From an uncultured delta proteobacterium (lineage in GTDB: Bacteria; Desulfobacterota; Binatia; UBA9968), in the NCBI GenBank assembly GCA_963804165.1, contig CAWDPO010000025.1, positions 32,001-96,000 on the forward strand: a DNA stretch of 64,000 bases, read 5' to 3'. The notes under the pieces are model-generated. The model saw only the letters and a program-made list of their open reading frames with translations, ran no database searches and was not told the origin of the DNA. The position numbers were made by a program, and so were the translations under genes. Shown here in pieces: positions 48,975-59,210 of this stretch (the first letter of the stretch is position 1; each line of letters opens with the position of its first letter).

Positions 48975-49988
48975 TTATTTCTTGCCTAGGCCGGCGATAA
49001 ACCCGCTGTCTTCCAGTTCCTTGACGAAGCGGCCTTCAACAAGGTCTTTGGCATTCAGCGTCGCGGCCTTGGGATTGCTCGACGCCATTTCCTGCAGGAC
49101 AACTTGATAACCTTCGAGCGGTGGGTAGGGATACTCCGGCATGTTTTGGCTGAACCAGGTCTGGGTATGCTCTAAGACGCCACGGTCTTCCACACGGGAG
49201 TACTTACGCAGGATCTGGATGGTTTCCTCCTTGCGCGTTTTGAAATAATGGATCGCTTCCACGTATGCCCTGACGTAACGCCGCACCGTGTCGGGTTGTT
49301 CTTTGACGAATTTCCCCGTGGTGTAGATGCCGCGCTGGGGAAAAGGAATCTTAAGCGAGATCAGATCGAGCAAGACGGGGTAGCCGAATTTATCGACGAT
49401 GGGCTTTTCGGCCTCGGTAAGAACGGTAAACTGTACGATGCCCTTTTGCATCGCCGCGATGCGGTCGTAAAGAACGCCGATGGAACGCAGGCTCACATCC
49501 TTGGCGGGGTCTAAGCCAAGCTTTCTTAGACTCACGCGCAAGGCGAAATCGGCGATGGTGCCGGGGCTCTGGTTCGCGCCGATCTTTCCCTTCAGATCTT
49601 CGGGCCGAGTGATGCCGGGCAGCGTGACAAAATAATAAGTGAGTATGTTGACGCTGCCGGCGAGGGCGACGATGTCGCCGCCGGCGAGGCGGGCGCTGGC
49701 CGCAGCAGGGCCTGCGCTCTCGGCGATCGCGCTTTCGCCCGCCAAGATGGCCTGCAGCGTGCGCACGCTGCTTGGAATGAGCACGGGGGCAACGTCGAGC
49801 CCATGTTTTTCGAATAGGCGCGCTTCTTTGGCCACCCAGATGACCGCAGAGGCCCCAGGGGCGGGTGAAAAATAGGCCGTGTAAATTCTTTCCGCGGCCC
49901 GCACCGGTGCCGATTGAATTATGACGATGAAGCTAGAGACAAAGACCAGTCTAAGGCTCTTTGCCCTGCGCGTTTGATCTTTCTCCAT
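48975..49988 (-). CDS. ABC-type substrate-binding protein, NMT1/SsuA-like
   Basis: WVAKEARLFEKHGLD, DLKGK, VKELEDSGF. Confidence 0.87.
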   Translation of the reverse strand: MEKDQTRRAKSLRLVFVSSFIVIIQSAPVRAAERIYTAYFSPAPGASAVIWVAKEARLFEKHGLDVAPVLIPSSVRTLQAILAGESAIAESAGPAAASARLAGGDIVALAGSVNILTYYFVTLPGITRPEDLKGKIGANQSPGTIADFALRVSLRKLGLDPAKDVSLRSIGVLYDRIAAMQKGIVQFTVLTEAEKPIVDKFGYPVLLDLISLKIPFPQRGIYTTGKFVKEQPDTVRRYVRAYVEAIHYFKTRKEETIQILRKYSRVEDRGVLEHTQTWFSQNMPEYPYPPLEGYQVVLQEMASSNPKAATLNAKDLVEGRFVKELEDSGFIAGLGKK

Positions 49989-50080
49989 GAGACCTCCGGT
50001 TTTTAAGAAACGCCCTTGGATCGAAAAATCGACGAAGACATCCTTGTATCCCGTTTCTCTTTGCTCGTGAAACCACGCGG

Positions 50081-51760
50081 CTATTTTTTCGCAGCTGTTT
50101 TGCGCCTGCCGATAGCAGCTTCGGCACGCGGGCTGATCGCGCGCTGGACGGCGACATTGAGCAAAGCGGGTTTGCCGCAGGTCAACGCTCGTTCAAGCGC
50201 CGGCGCAAGATCCTCCGAGCGTTCGACGAATTCGCCGTAACCGCCAAGGCCCTGCACCATCTGATCGTAGCGAGTCTGGAGCAAATCCGTTGCGACCGCG
50301 CGGCCATAAAGACCCAACTGAATTTGCCGGTCGATACCCCAAGCTGAATCGTTGCCGAGGATAGCGACAATATCGAGCTTGTGGCGCACAGCAGTGTCGA
50401 ATTCCATCGCATTGAATCCAAACGCACCGTCGCCGCTGAGCATGAACACGCGCGAGTCCGGATAGGCGACTTTCGCAGCCAGCGCGGTGGGCAACGAAGA
50501 CCCTAACATCCCCAGACTGGAAACGTTGAACCAGCGTTTGGCTTTTAGCGCCGGCAGAAATGACCGGCCGAAGTGGCAGAAGTCACCGCCATCGAAGACC
50601 AGGCAGTCGTCGGGACGGAGAACGGATTTGAGTGTTTTGTGCACGAACAGAGCGTGCATCGGGGCCTCGGGCCGAGCTAAACTTTCCGCCCACTTCGCCT
50701 GTTCGTCACGCGCGGCGCGCAACTCCTCGACCCACGCGAGCTCGTTCCATTGATAGTTTGCCGCTTCCTTCGTCATCTGTTCCAGGATGCTGGCGACGTC
50801 ACCGATCATGCCGACATCGACACCGCGATTGCGGCCGATCTCCAGCGGCGAAGGATCGATCTGGATGATTTTAGCACTCGCGGCAACATGCGGCGGACGG
50901 CAAAAGCCGATGGTAAAGTCTTGCTTGCGGCCGAGTAACACGACCACGTCCGCGTCGCGCACTTTTGCCGCGGCACGATTGAGTCCGCGCTCGAAATAGC
51001 CAAAGACGTATGGATGATCATCGGCAATCAAACCGCGCGACTGTTCTTCGGTCAGGATCGGCAGGCGCGTCGTTTCGACGAAACGCTGTATTTTTTTACC
51101 CGAAAGCGCGTAACCGGCGGCGCTGCCGGCAATGATCAGGGGTTTCTGCGCTGAGCGGAGAAGGGCGACAGCCTTGTGCACAAGCTCGGGCTCGGTCAGC
51201 ACCGGCGCCTTGGGACGGTAGCCCTCCGGATGAGTGAACACAATCTCATTTTCTTCGACACTTTGCTCCTGGATGTCGATGGGTATTGTTAAGTGCACGG
51301 GTCCGCGCCGGCCACTGAATGCCAGGCGCATCGCACGGCCAATGAATTCAGGGATCCTCCGCACGTCGTAGACCATGAACGAACCCTTGCACATGGGTGC
51401 GGCCATGGCGACCTGGTCGATTTCCTGCTGCGCGCCGCGTCCTAAGTCGTGCGTGTCGGCGCAGCCGGCGATGGAAATTACCGGGCCTTCGGTATGCATA
51501 GCGTTGGTGAGGCCGGGAATCGCATTGGCGAAACCGGGTGTGGTGTACATGCACACCCCGGGCTGCTCGGTGATCCGGCTCCAGGCGTCCGCCATGTGCA
51601 CCGCCGCCTGTTCATGGCGGGTATCGTAAATCTGAAAATCCTGATCGGCCATCACGTCGAGGACCGGCAGGATATGATCGCCCGCCAAGGCAAAAATATT
51701 TTTCACGCCTTCGAGCTTGAGCGCTTTACAGATCAGATGACTTCCAGTGACTCGGCCCAT
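50081..51760 (-). CDS. Thiamine-pyrophosphate-dependent enzyme (acetolactate synthase/2-hydroxyacyl-CoA lyase-like)
   Basis: TRHEQAAVHMAD; GDGAFGF...NDSAW TPP motif. Confidence 0.9.
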   Translation of the reverse strand: MGRVTGSHLICKALKLEGVKNIFALAGDHILPVLDVMADQDFQIYDTRHEQAAVHMADAWSRITEQPGVCMYTTPGFANAIPGLTNAMHTEGPVISIAGCADTHDLGRGAQQEIDQVAMAAPMCKGSFMVYDVRRIPEFIGRAMRLAFSGRRGPVHLTIPIDIQEQSVEENEIVFTHPEGYRPKAPVLTEPELVHKAVALLRSAQKPLIIAGSAAGYALSGKKIQRFVETTRLPILTEEQSRGLIADDHPYVFGYFERGLNRAAAKVRDADVVVLLGRKQDFTIGFCRPPHVAASAKIIQIDPSPLEIGRNRGVDVGMIGDVASILEQMTKEAANYQWNELAWVEELRAARDEQAKWAESLARPEAPMHALFVHKTLKSVLRPDDCLVFDGGDFCHFGRSFLPALKAKRWFNVSSLGMLGSSLPTALAAKVAYPDSRVFMLSGDGAFGFNAMEFDTAVRHKLDIVAILGNDSAWGIDRQIQLGLYGRAVATDLLQTRYDQMVQGLGGYGEFVERSEDLAPALERALTCGKPALLNVAVQRAISPRAEAAIGRRKTAAKK

Positions 51761-52095
51761 GATCGCCTCCTATGACAGCCTGCTAGATTCGGCGGATGCC
51801 TGTCGTGATTCGCTCGTCCGCCCGCGACGTTACCCACGCTAATTTCAGCGGGGCAGCGCACAATCGTCAATTTACTCTCAATAAGCTTTCGTTTAGTACG
51901 GCAAGACGCTGTCCGTCAACGGCGAATTTTTTCGATGCACGGACTCAGTTCCGTTGCGCAATCTTCTCCGAAACGATTTGCGCTCGAATAGTTTTCCATG
52001 TCGATGAATTCGGATTTGCCGGCGCCGTATGAGTGGGTCACTTTTTGTGGGTACTCTCGAACGATCAGCAGGGTGACCTTTCGACCTGCGTCACG

Positions 52096-52124
52096 TTGAC
52101 AGAGCGTACCGCCTTGAATAGTTT
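52096..52124 (+). promoter_or_regulatory. Putative sigma70 promoter
   Basis: TTGACA-N17-TAGTTT upstream of the LLM gene. Confidence 0.5.
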
Positions 52125-52168
52125 CATTCGGGGAGTCAAAAAGGACATCGAACGTGAGGAGTTCTCAG

Positions 52169-53152
52169 ATGAAACTTGGCTTGAGCCCTTTGCAAGAACA
52201 GGTGAGCTTTGACGACACACTGCGCGAATGCGAACGCGCCGAGGCGGCGGGTTTCGACTCGGTATGGCTCGGCGAGCATCACAACAATCCAATCTTGCAT
52301 CCCGCGCCTTTGATCGGACTCGCCGCAATCGCGAGCCGGACGCGGAGCATTCTTTTGGGCACGGGCGTGCTCTTGCTGCCACTCTATCATCCGATGATGG
52401 TTGCCGAGGAAGGCGCGATGGTCGACATGATCTCCGGCGGCCGGCTGATCTTAGGAGTCGGCGCCGGCTATGCGCCGGAGGAATTCGCTGCGTTCGGTAA
52501 CTCGCTCAAAGAGCGCGGCGGCCGAATGGAGGAAGGAACCCTGCTGCTTCGACGGCTGTGGACCGAAGAGACGGTCACGCATCACGGAAAATTTTACCGT
52601 CTCGACAATGCCATCGTAGCGCCGCGGCCGGTGCAGCGGCCGCGACCGCCGATCTGGTTTGGCGCGTGGGCGGAGCCGGCGATTCGCCGGGCGGCTCGAC
52701 TCGGCGACGCCTGGTTCGTTGGGCCGTCAGCCAGTCTTACAGAGATCGCGCCGAGCGCGCGGATGTATCGCGACTCATGTCTCGAGAACGGCAAAGGCGA
52801 GGGTGAGGTCGCTTTGTTTCGCTATGTATTCGTCGCGGAATCGACGAAAGAAGCGATCGATACCGCGGGCGACCCATTTATCCAGGCATTTGAGCGAATG
52901 TATTTCCGTTGGCCGCACCCGGTGGTCAAGCGCCCGCAGGGACGCGTGACGATTGAGCGGCTCGCTGAAGACCGGATTATCTTAGGCGACCCGAAGACAT
53001 GCGTCGAGGAATTGAGCCGCTTTAGAAAATCACTAAACGTGAAACATCTCGTCTGTCGATTTTCGGTGCCGGGGATTGCTCGTGAGGCGTGCGAAAGATC
53101 CTTCGACTTGTTCACCCGGGAGGTGATGCCGGCGCTCAGATCGGTTGAGTAG
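52169..53152 (+). CDS. LLM class flavin-dependent oxidoreductase
   Basis: GFDSVWLGEHH, SGGRLILGVGAGY, PRPVQRPRPPIW; GAGGAG RBS. Confidence 0.9.
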   Translation: MKLGLSPLQEQVSFDDTLRECERAEAAGFDSVWLGEHHNNPILHPAPLIGLAAIASRTRSILLGTGVLLLPLYHPMMVAEEGAMVDMISGGRLILGVGAGYAPEEFAAFGNSLKERGGRMEEGTLLLRRLWTEETVTHHGKFYRLDNAIVAPRPVQRPRPPIWFGAWAEPAIRRAARLGDAWFVGPSASLTEIAPSARMYRDSCLENGKGEGEVALFRYVFVAESTKEAIDTAGDPFIQAFERMYFRWPHPVVKRPQGRVTIERLAEDRIILGDPKTCVEELSRFRKSLNVKHLVCRFSVPGIAREACERSFDLFTREVMPALRSVE

Positions 53153-53231
53153 CGCAAGTAAGAAGAGAAAATTAAGCAGGCACGAGAAAGAAGAACAACA
53201 CCTGTTCTGAATTCGGAGGATCGTTCTGCTC

Positions 53232-53318
53232 GTCATTCCCGCATGTTTTTAGCGGGAATCCAGTCTTTTGCCGATTCATTCGGATGCACTCGACTGGATG
53301 CCCGTATGCGCGGACATT
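53232..53318. repeat. GTCATTCCCGC...GCGGGAATCCAG-type REP-like palindrome
   Basis: gtcattcccgc-atgttttta-gcgggaatccagtc...gactggatgcccg; lies between convergent genes. Confidence 0.7.
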
Positions 53319-53430
53319 GCAGCCGTCACCGATAGAAATTGTTTAGGGCGATTCGCCCCCCGTCGCAACCGCTTTGGAAATCACAGCTTGCGCGCCAAAG
53401 TTTTCGGCGGCTCGTCGCCACAAGGTGTTC

Positions 53431-53784
53431 TTATTTTTCTTCTTCCGCACGTACCGGACGGACGCCGAACGGTTCGGCGCGATTACCGAATAGGACCAAC
53501 GTGCCGGGGCCGACGCTGGTAAGCTGGTAATATTCCTTGGCGGGCAGGAAGACAATATCATTTTTCTCAAGCACGCGTTCATAGCCTTTGATGTCTTTGA
53601 CCGAACACTTGCCGTCGACGACCAGAAAGGTCTCCGGCGACTGGTGGTAGTGCATCGGCGTGCCGTCGCCCGGGGCGAAATGGAGCATCCATGAGCGAAA
53701 ATTATCGGTCCCGAAGAGTTGAACATTTCTGAGATTGTCCCTGCCGGCCTCGTCGATTTTTTTGTTTAAGCTGACGAACTCCAT
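53431..53784 (-). CDS. Cupin domain protein
   Basis: PGDGTPMHYHQSPETFLVVDG; GAGGAGG RBS. Confidence 0.85.
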   Translation of the reverse strand: MEFVSLNKKIDEAGRDNLRNVQLFGTDNFRSWMLHFAPGDGTPMHYHQSPETFLVVDGKCSVKDIKGYERVLEKNDIVFLPAKEYYQLTSVGPGTLVLFGNRAEPFGVRPVRAEEEK

Positions 53785-53998
53785 GGTCTTTCCTCCTCAC
53801 CAATCGTGTTCGCCTAAACTATTGCAGCCGGGCCGTGGTTGTCAATTGAAGCGGGACATTTCGGCCGTGAGCGCCTGCCGCGAGCGATAATCATGACTAC
53901 GCAGTGCCGGCGCTTGACAGCCGGCGCATGCCTGGCCTATTTTCCGCCGCACCAACTTGGGCTCGGTTTTCAAACTCTCGACCGTGGGCAGGAGGAGC

Positions 53999-54991
53999 AT
54001 GAATCTTCGCATTCTATCAATCATCGGTTGGTTTACCTGCGTGAGTTTCATCGAGTCCCTCTTTGCGGCGGAAATGATCACGCTACGCTATGGGCAAAAC
54101 GCCACCTCCGCCGGCAGCTTGTCATCGCTGCCGCTCACCGTCGCCGAGCGCAAGGGGTTTTTTATTCGCGAAGGCGTGAATCTTGTCGTCGTGCCGATTC
54201 CCGGCGGCACGGATCGCATCGTGGCGGCACTCGATAAAGGCGAGATCGACACCGGCAAGAACGCGACGCCGTATCTGATCCAAGCGGTGCTCAAGGGTTC
54301 CGATGCGGTGGCCATTATCGCCCAGACTACCAACCCGGTTTATAGCTTAATCGTCAGGCCCGAGATCAAAAACTTCGCCGATCTCAAGGGCAAGGTGCTT
54401 GGTCTGTCGACGCCCGGCGATACGATTACGCTGTCGGCACTGCGCCTGCTCGCCCACAACAAGATCAAGCCGTTGGATTTTCAGGCCAAAGCGGTTGTCG
54501 GCACGAGCGCGCGCTTCGACTGCCTGAAGTCCGGCGAGTGCGCGGCGGTACCGATGGGTCAACCGGAAGATTTGCGCGCAATCAATCAGGGCTATCCTCG
54601 GCTTGGCTTCACTCACGAGGCGGGAGCCGACTTAATTTTCAACGTCGACATGACGCGGCGTAGCTGGGGCGAGAAAAACAAGGACGCTCTGGTGCGGTTC
54701 GTGCGCGCATTCGCGGCGTCCTACGAATATATGAACGATCCTAAGAATCGCGCGGAGGTTACGAACATCGTCAGAGATTCACTAAAGGTTCCTGACGAGA
54801 CGGCGCGCGAATTATTCGCGCCTTACACGCAGCCCGAGAAAAACGTTTTGCCGAAACGCGGTGAATTGAATTTGAAAGCGTTTACCCAAGTGCTCGCGTT
54901 GATGGGCGAAGCCGGCGTTATCCCTACACCGGTAGCGCCGGCTGATCGCTTCGTGGACCTGCAGTATTTAAAGATGGCCGGGATTCAATAG
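53999..54991 (+). CDS. ABC-type substrate-binding protein, NMT1/SsuA-like
   Basis: GGAGGAG RBS; KGFFIREGV, DLKGKVLG. Confidence 0.87.
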   Translation: MNLRILSIIGWFTCVSFIESLFAAEMITLRYGQNATSAGSLSSLPLTVAERKGFFIREGVNLVVVPIPGGTDRIVAALDKGEIDTGKNATPYLIQAVLKGSDAVAIIAQTTNPVYSLIVRPEIKNFADLKGKVLGLSTPGDTITLSALRLLAHNKIKPLDFQAKAVVGTSARFDCLKSGECAAVPMGQPEDLRAINQGYPRLGFTHEAGADLIFNVDMTRRSWGEKNKDALVRFVRAFAASYEYMNDPKNRAEVTNIVRDSLKVPDETARELFAPYTQPEKNVLPKRGELNLKAFTQVLALMGEAGVIPTPVAPADRFVDLQYLKMAGIQ

Positions 54992-55369
54992 TTCGAGAGC
55001 ATCGCGACCAGTTCATGGTCCAAAGCTCCCGCAACGGCCGGACAAGCAGGGCGAAAATCACGTGCAAATTTGTCTTGATTGCCTATTTATCCGCTCACTT
55101 TCTGCGTTTTGAGATATTGTTACACGGATGGGAAAAACAGTGTTGCGCGAATTGATTGCGCGATTCTGTGAGACGGCCATTGGATCCCGTCCTTGGCGCA
55201 GAAGTTCCCAAGCAAGCCATAAAATCGATTCTGGACCGCGGAGTCATTTTTCTCGGCCTTTCACTGTGCGCCTGAACATTTTCGCTATCGACGCGTAAAT
55301 TTTTCCCTCGTTAGAGCTAGGCCTCAGCGAAAAGAGCTGAGAAAATAGCGGTTTACCATCCAAGAATGA

Positions 55370-55385
55370 TGGCATATCGGTTGCG
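55370..55385 (+). promoter_or_regulatory. Putative sigma54 (-24/-12) promoter
   Basis: TGGCAT-ATCGG-TTGCG with exact GG-N10-GC spacing, about 50 nt upstream of ATG 55433. Confidence 0.6.
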
Positions 55386-55432
55386 TTGTTACGCTGGCGG
55401 TTAGGGCTGTATTCTCAAGGAGGATTATTTGA

Positions 55433-56032
55433 ATGAAGACAATCAAGACCACCATTTTAGGGGTGCTTATAGCCGGAACGCTGGGAACGTTTACGGTTCC
55501 GGCATTGGCGAAAGATGATCATGACTTTCGAGTTCCGCGGGGACATATGCCGCCGCCGGGTAAGTGCCGTATTTGGCATCCCGGCACACCCCCAGGCCAT
55601 CAACCTCCGCCCGGCGATTGTCGGACTCTAAGCCGCCGAGTTCCTCGCGGCGCAATGCTGATCGGCCACGATCGGAGATGGAGTTACGCCGAACTGCACG
55701 ATCGTCGCTTCCGTCACGACGTCTTTGACCGCCGGCATCATTCCAGCCGAAGGGAAATTCGCGAGGACATTAGGGACGTCCGTGAAGCCCGCAGAGACGT
55801 ACGGGAAGATCACGGACAGTTGCAAAAGAACCTCGACGAGCTGCATAAAGATCGAGCCGAGCTAAGGCGCGACATTCGCAGCGGCGCAAGCCGAAAAGAG
55901 ATTTCTCAGGATCGCCGCGAGATCCGCAATGACGTGCGAAAAGTCTCGGCAAGCAAGAAAGAACTGCAACAGAGTCAAGACAAACTCCAAGCGGCCCGAC
56001 GAGAACTCAGAGAGGATTCACACCGGCGATAG
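55433..56032 (+). CDS. Secreted protein with PxGHxPPPGxC repeats and a charged coiled-coil tail
   Basis: AAGGAGG RBS; signal peptide (PALA); PRGHMPPPGKCRIW..PPGHQPPPGDC; RRE(I/L)RED-type repeats. Confidence 0.75.
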   Translation: MKTIKTTILGVLIAGTLGTFTVPALAKDDHDFRVPRGHMPPPGKCRIWHPGTPPGHQPPPGDCRTLSRRVPRGAMLIGHDRRWSYAELHDRRFRHDVFDRRHHSSRREIREDIRDVREARRDVREDHGQLQKNLDELHKDRAELRRDIRSGASRKEISQDRREIRNDVRKVSASKKELQQSQDKLQAARRELREDSHRR

Positions 56033-56045
56033 CCTATAATTCTCG

Positions 56046-56079
56046 AGCGGCCTTACGGTTTGCCAATCGTAAGGCCGCT
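56046..56079 (+). terminator. Hairpin, probable terminator
   Basis: Perfect 12-bp stem AGCGGCCTTACG/CGTAAGGCCGCT 13 nt after the stop codon; weak U-tract. Confidence 0.55.
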
Positions 56080-56351
56080 TGTCTCCTCGATCTTTCCCTT
56101 TCCGAGATCCTTTCCGCTCAGCGAACGAGCCCGCTGATCGACACGTGCTGCAGCACCCACATTCGGCATTTGGCGAGGACGCGAACAACGCGGTTTGGCT
56201 TGGTAGCGGTGACGCCGCGAGCGACGCACCACATGGAAGGCGGCAAAGGGCCCAGGCCCAAGTCGTCAAGTTCCAGGTACGCCCCAATCCGTTAGCGCAA
56301 TGAAGAATCACAAGGCTCGCGGCTGCCTCATCCGACAACGATTGCGTCACA

Positions 56352-56558
56352 TCACTCCTCGCCGAGTATTTCGATCTCATCGGGAAACACGTACAAGGAT
56401 GCGTCACCGTCCCATTTGACAAGAATCATCCGTCGGTCGAGATTATCGACCTCATGGACGACGGTGCCCTGACTGTCAGCTTCAATCGTGGCTTCGTGAG
56501 CGCGGAGGGTTTTTTTTGCGCGGCAACGCAATCCCATTTTTGTCGTGTCAATCGTCAT
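56352..56558 (-). CDS. Small hypothetical protein (SH3-like beta barrel possible)
   Basis: AGGAGG RBS; 68 aa with GTVV..ILVKWDG..YVFPDEIE. Confidence 0.6.
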   Translation of the reverse strand: MTIDTTKMGLRCRAKKTLRAHEATIEADSQGTVVHEVDNLDRRMILVKWDGDASLYVFPDEIEILGEE

Positions 56559-57094
56559 CCTCGCCTCCTGGTTGCGCGTGGCTGGGTAAGCGCAAAAATC
56601 GGCGGTTACGTGTTCGGAGCGCGGTGTTGATTTGCTCGTACCGACGCGGCGCGCACCGGCACCATCAATCAGCACTGCGAGGCCGACTCCGAAGGCGGAT
56701 TATTTATCCGGATCACATTCGAAATACCCTCTTTCAACGCCAGTGTAATACCCAAGATCGCGAGTTCAACCCCCGACACTTCATCTGAGAGAACTGAGGC
56801 TCGGAAACGTTGTCCCTTGCGACAAAGTTGACGCGCGCAGACGTCATCGTCTCTGCCCGAGGAAAGAGAGATCTAGACTGCCTCGCTATTACGATCAGAT
56901 TGTCGAGACAAGAAATCCGGGTTTGCATTAACACAAGTTGGTTAAGTCGCTTTGTCGGCTCGGCACGAGCTTGCTCCTGGAAAAGCTAGTTTTCAAGCCG
57001 TGAGTTCCGCCGTGCGGCTATTTCAAGTAAGCTTATCTCAGAGTATTTCAGGTTCGAGTCGAACAGATTCCGAGAGTATTCGCTATCGATCCAT

Positions 57095-58153
57095 ATGGTG
57101 GATGTAAACGAGAGCACGACGAGTTCCAACGCGGATTCCAACCGTCGGGTGGCCGGATGGATTCGGCGCCACAAAAACGAACTCTGGTGGCTCCATAGTC
57201 TGTATGCCTTGAGCTTAGGGATCGGCATCATGGCGCTGGGCAAACGGAACTTTGCCTACCTGCGCGTCGCCGTTTTCCATATCAGCTTCATCTGGCTTTC
57301 CAGTTTATTGCTGCCGAAGCTCCTCAATCTGCGCGGTGTGCCAGCGCAATGGGCGCCGCGGCTCCGGCTGATCGTCAACTTCTTCAACAAGAACTTGTAT
57401 CAGCAGATGCTGTTTTTTGTCCTGCCGATTTATTACGCCAGCGCGACCGTCGGATCGCGCAATCTGGTTTTTGTGCTGTTGGTTGGATTCTCTGCCGTGC
57501 TATCCACGCTCGACGTCGTTTATGACCGCCACCTTTCGGCGAATCGTTATCTGAATGCCGGATTTTTCGCTTTCAACCTTTTTGCCTTGATCAATGTCAT
57601 GCTGCCGATTCTCTGGAGTGTGAGTAATACGCTGACGACGCGCGTGAGCGGCGTATTGGCGTTCCTGGGATTCCTTACGCTCGGCTATCCTGCGGCGCAG
57701 TCATTCATCCGTCGGACGGCGATGGCTCTGGGGGTTGGTGTTTTGCTTTTCGCGCTAGTCGAGCTTGGCCGTCCCTTTATACCTCCGGCGCCGTTGCGCA
57801 TGGCCAGTGTCGAATTTGGCACGGATTTCGACCGCGAATCGTTGCAGATGCTCGCGCCGATGACCGAGCTAAAAACCGACGGTGCAAGTCAGCTCTACGG
57901 ACTTACAGCGATCAGAGCGCCTTTGGGCCTGCAGGAAAAACTACGACACAGGTGGTTTGAGAACGGAGAGCTTGTGTTTGCGTCTTCCTTTTACAATGTG
58001 GTGGGCGGAAGAGCGGAAGGTTTTCGACTCTGGACAAGCTGGACGATTGGCAGAGTAACACCCGTTACGACTATACGACTTGATCTCGAAACCGAAGGCG
58101 GCCAACTGGTCGGTCGCGCGACGCTTCACGCCGACCGTCAAACACGAGGTTAG
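57095..58153 (+). CDS. DUF2914-type membrane protein
   Basis: Multi-TM N-terminus with LFFVLPIY; C-terminal TAIRAPLGL, HRW, GGRAEGFRLW, TEGGQLVGR. Confidence 0.75.
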   Translation: MVDVNESTTSSNADSNRRVAGWIRRHKNELWWLHSLYALSLGIGIMALGKRNFAYLRVAVFHISFIWLSSLLLPKLLNLRGVPAQWAPRLRLIVNFFNKNLYQQMLFFVLPIYYASATVGSRNLVFVLLVGFSAVLSTLDVVYDRHLSANRYLNAGFFAFNLFALINVMLPILWSVSNTLTTRVSGVLAFLGFLTLGYPAAQSFIRRTAMALGVGVLLFALVELGRPFIPPAPLRMASVEFGTDFDRESLQMLAPMTELKTDGASQLYGLTAIRAPLGLQEKLRHRWFENGELVFASSFYNVVGGRAEGFRLWTSWTIGRVTPVTTIRLDLETEGGQLVGRATLHADRQTRG

Positions 58154-59210
58154 GTCGGCCGCGCTTGGCGACTCCCGATTTTTCGATTAGAGGACATGCG
58201 CTGATCGCCGGGATCATTCGCTAGCTCTGAAAATCTCATACACTTGGGCGGTACAGGTAACGTACTTGGGTTTGTCCGCGGTCGAAGTGCGAGAAGCTAA
58301 ACGATTGGGAAGAATGGTTGATCTTTGGGCGTGGGATGGGCGCGGAGAGCGATCGAGAGACTCCCATTCGCCGAAAATCTGCGGCTCGGTGCCAGCGATA
58401 GAGCGCTTTGCGAAGATATATCAGGGGGAAGCGGCGACGTTGGAGCGCAAGTTAACTCGATCGTCCTTCTTCGGGGACGTTTCTGCAATTGCTCCGTCAA
58501 CCGTCAATCTTGCTGCGCCGTGCGACTCATGCATCTTGACTATCTTTTTCGTGCAAACGTTCCTCAAGATACTTGAGGCGCTCAATCGCTCTCATTCTGC
58601 AGTGACAGCACGCAGCAATGGAAAATGATACTTCACGGCACCGACCGCACTTCCGATGCGTGCAAAATGGACATTCGGTATCCGGAAAAGGCCAGAAGGA
58701 TGGTGTGTGTATCAAAGTGTCTTAACTCTCTTGTGAATATTTCAGGTTGATCGTGTATTAGACGTTCTCGGGCTCTCTTTTGTATCTGCATCGTCGAAGC
58801 GAATGCGTCGATTATCGTATTGGTCATCGTTTCTAGATGATTTAATTTCGCTAAGCAAGCGTTGGAAGCCAATTCTTTTTGTGCTGCGAAAAATGGCGAT
58901 GTCGCGTTTCAAAATACGGTAAACAGCCCGCGGCGCTGAAAAAAATTGCCGCGACGTTAACAATGAAATTGCGACCCAGGCCATTCGGATAGCGCCAACC
59001 GCAGGCCACGTTCGACCAAATGCTCGAAGGGACTGCAAGCCTTCCCTTGTTTTTTTGGTTTCAAACTCGCGCGATTGGCTGGCTGATGTGCGATTCTGGA
59101 CAAATTGAAATGGCTCGTGTACCAAGGGCTCAGAACGTGTATACGTTTTCAACTGATGTCTTGAGTGGTCAACCGTCGCCGAGGGTTCGGCGCCGAACGG
59201 GGAGGATCGC

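Noticed and set aside
58154-59210. Listed ORFs 58266-58628, 58742-59239 and 59020-59274
   Set aside because: No RBS, motif or typical amino-acid composition; not supported as genes
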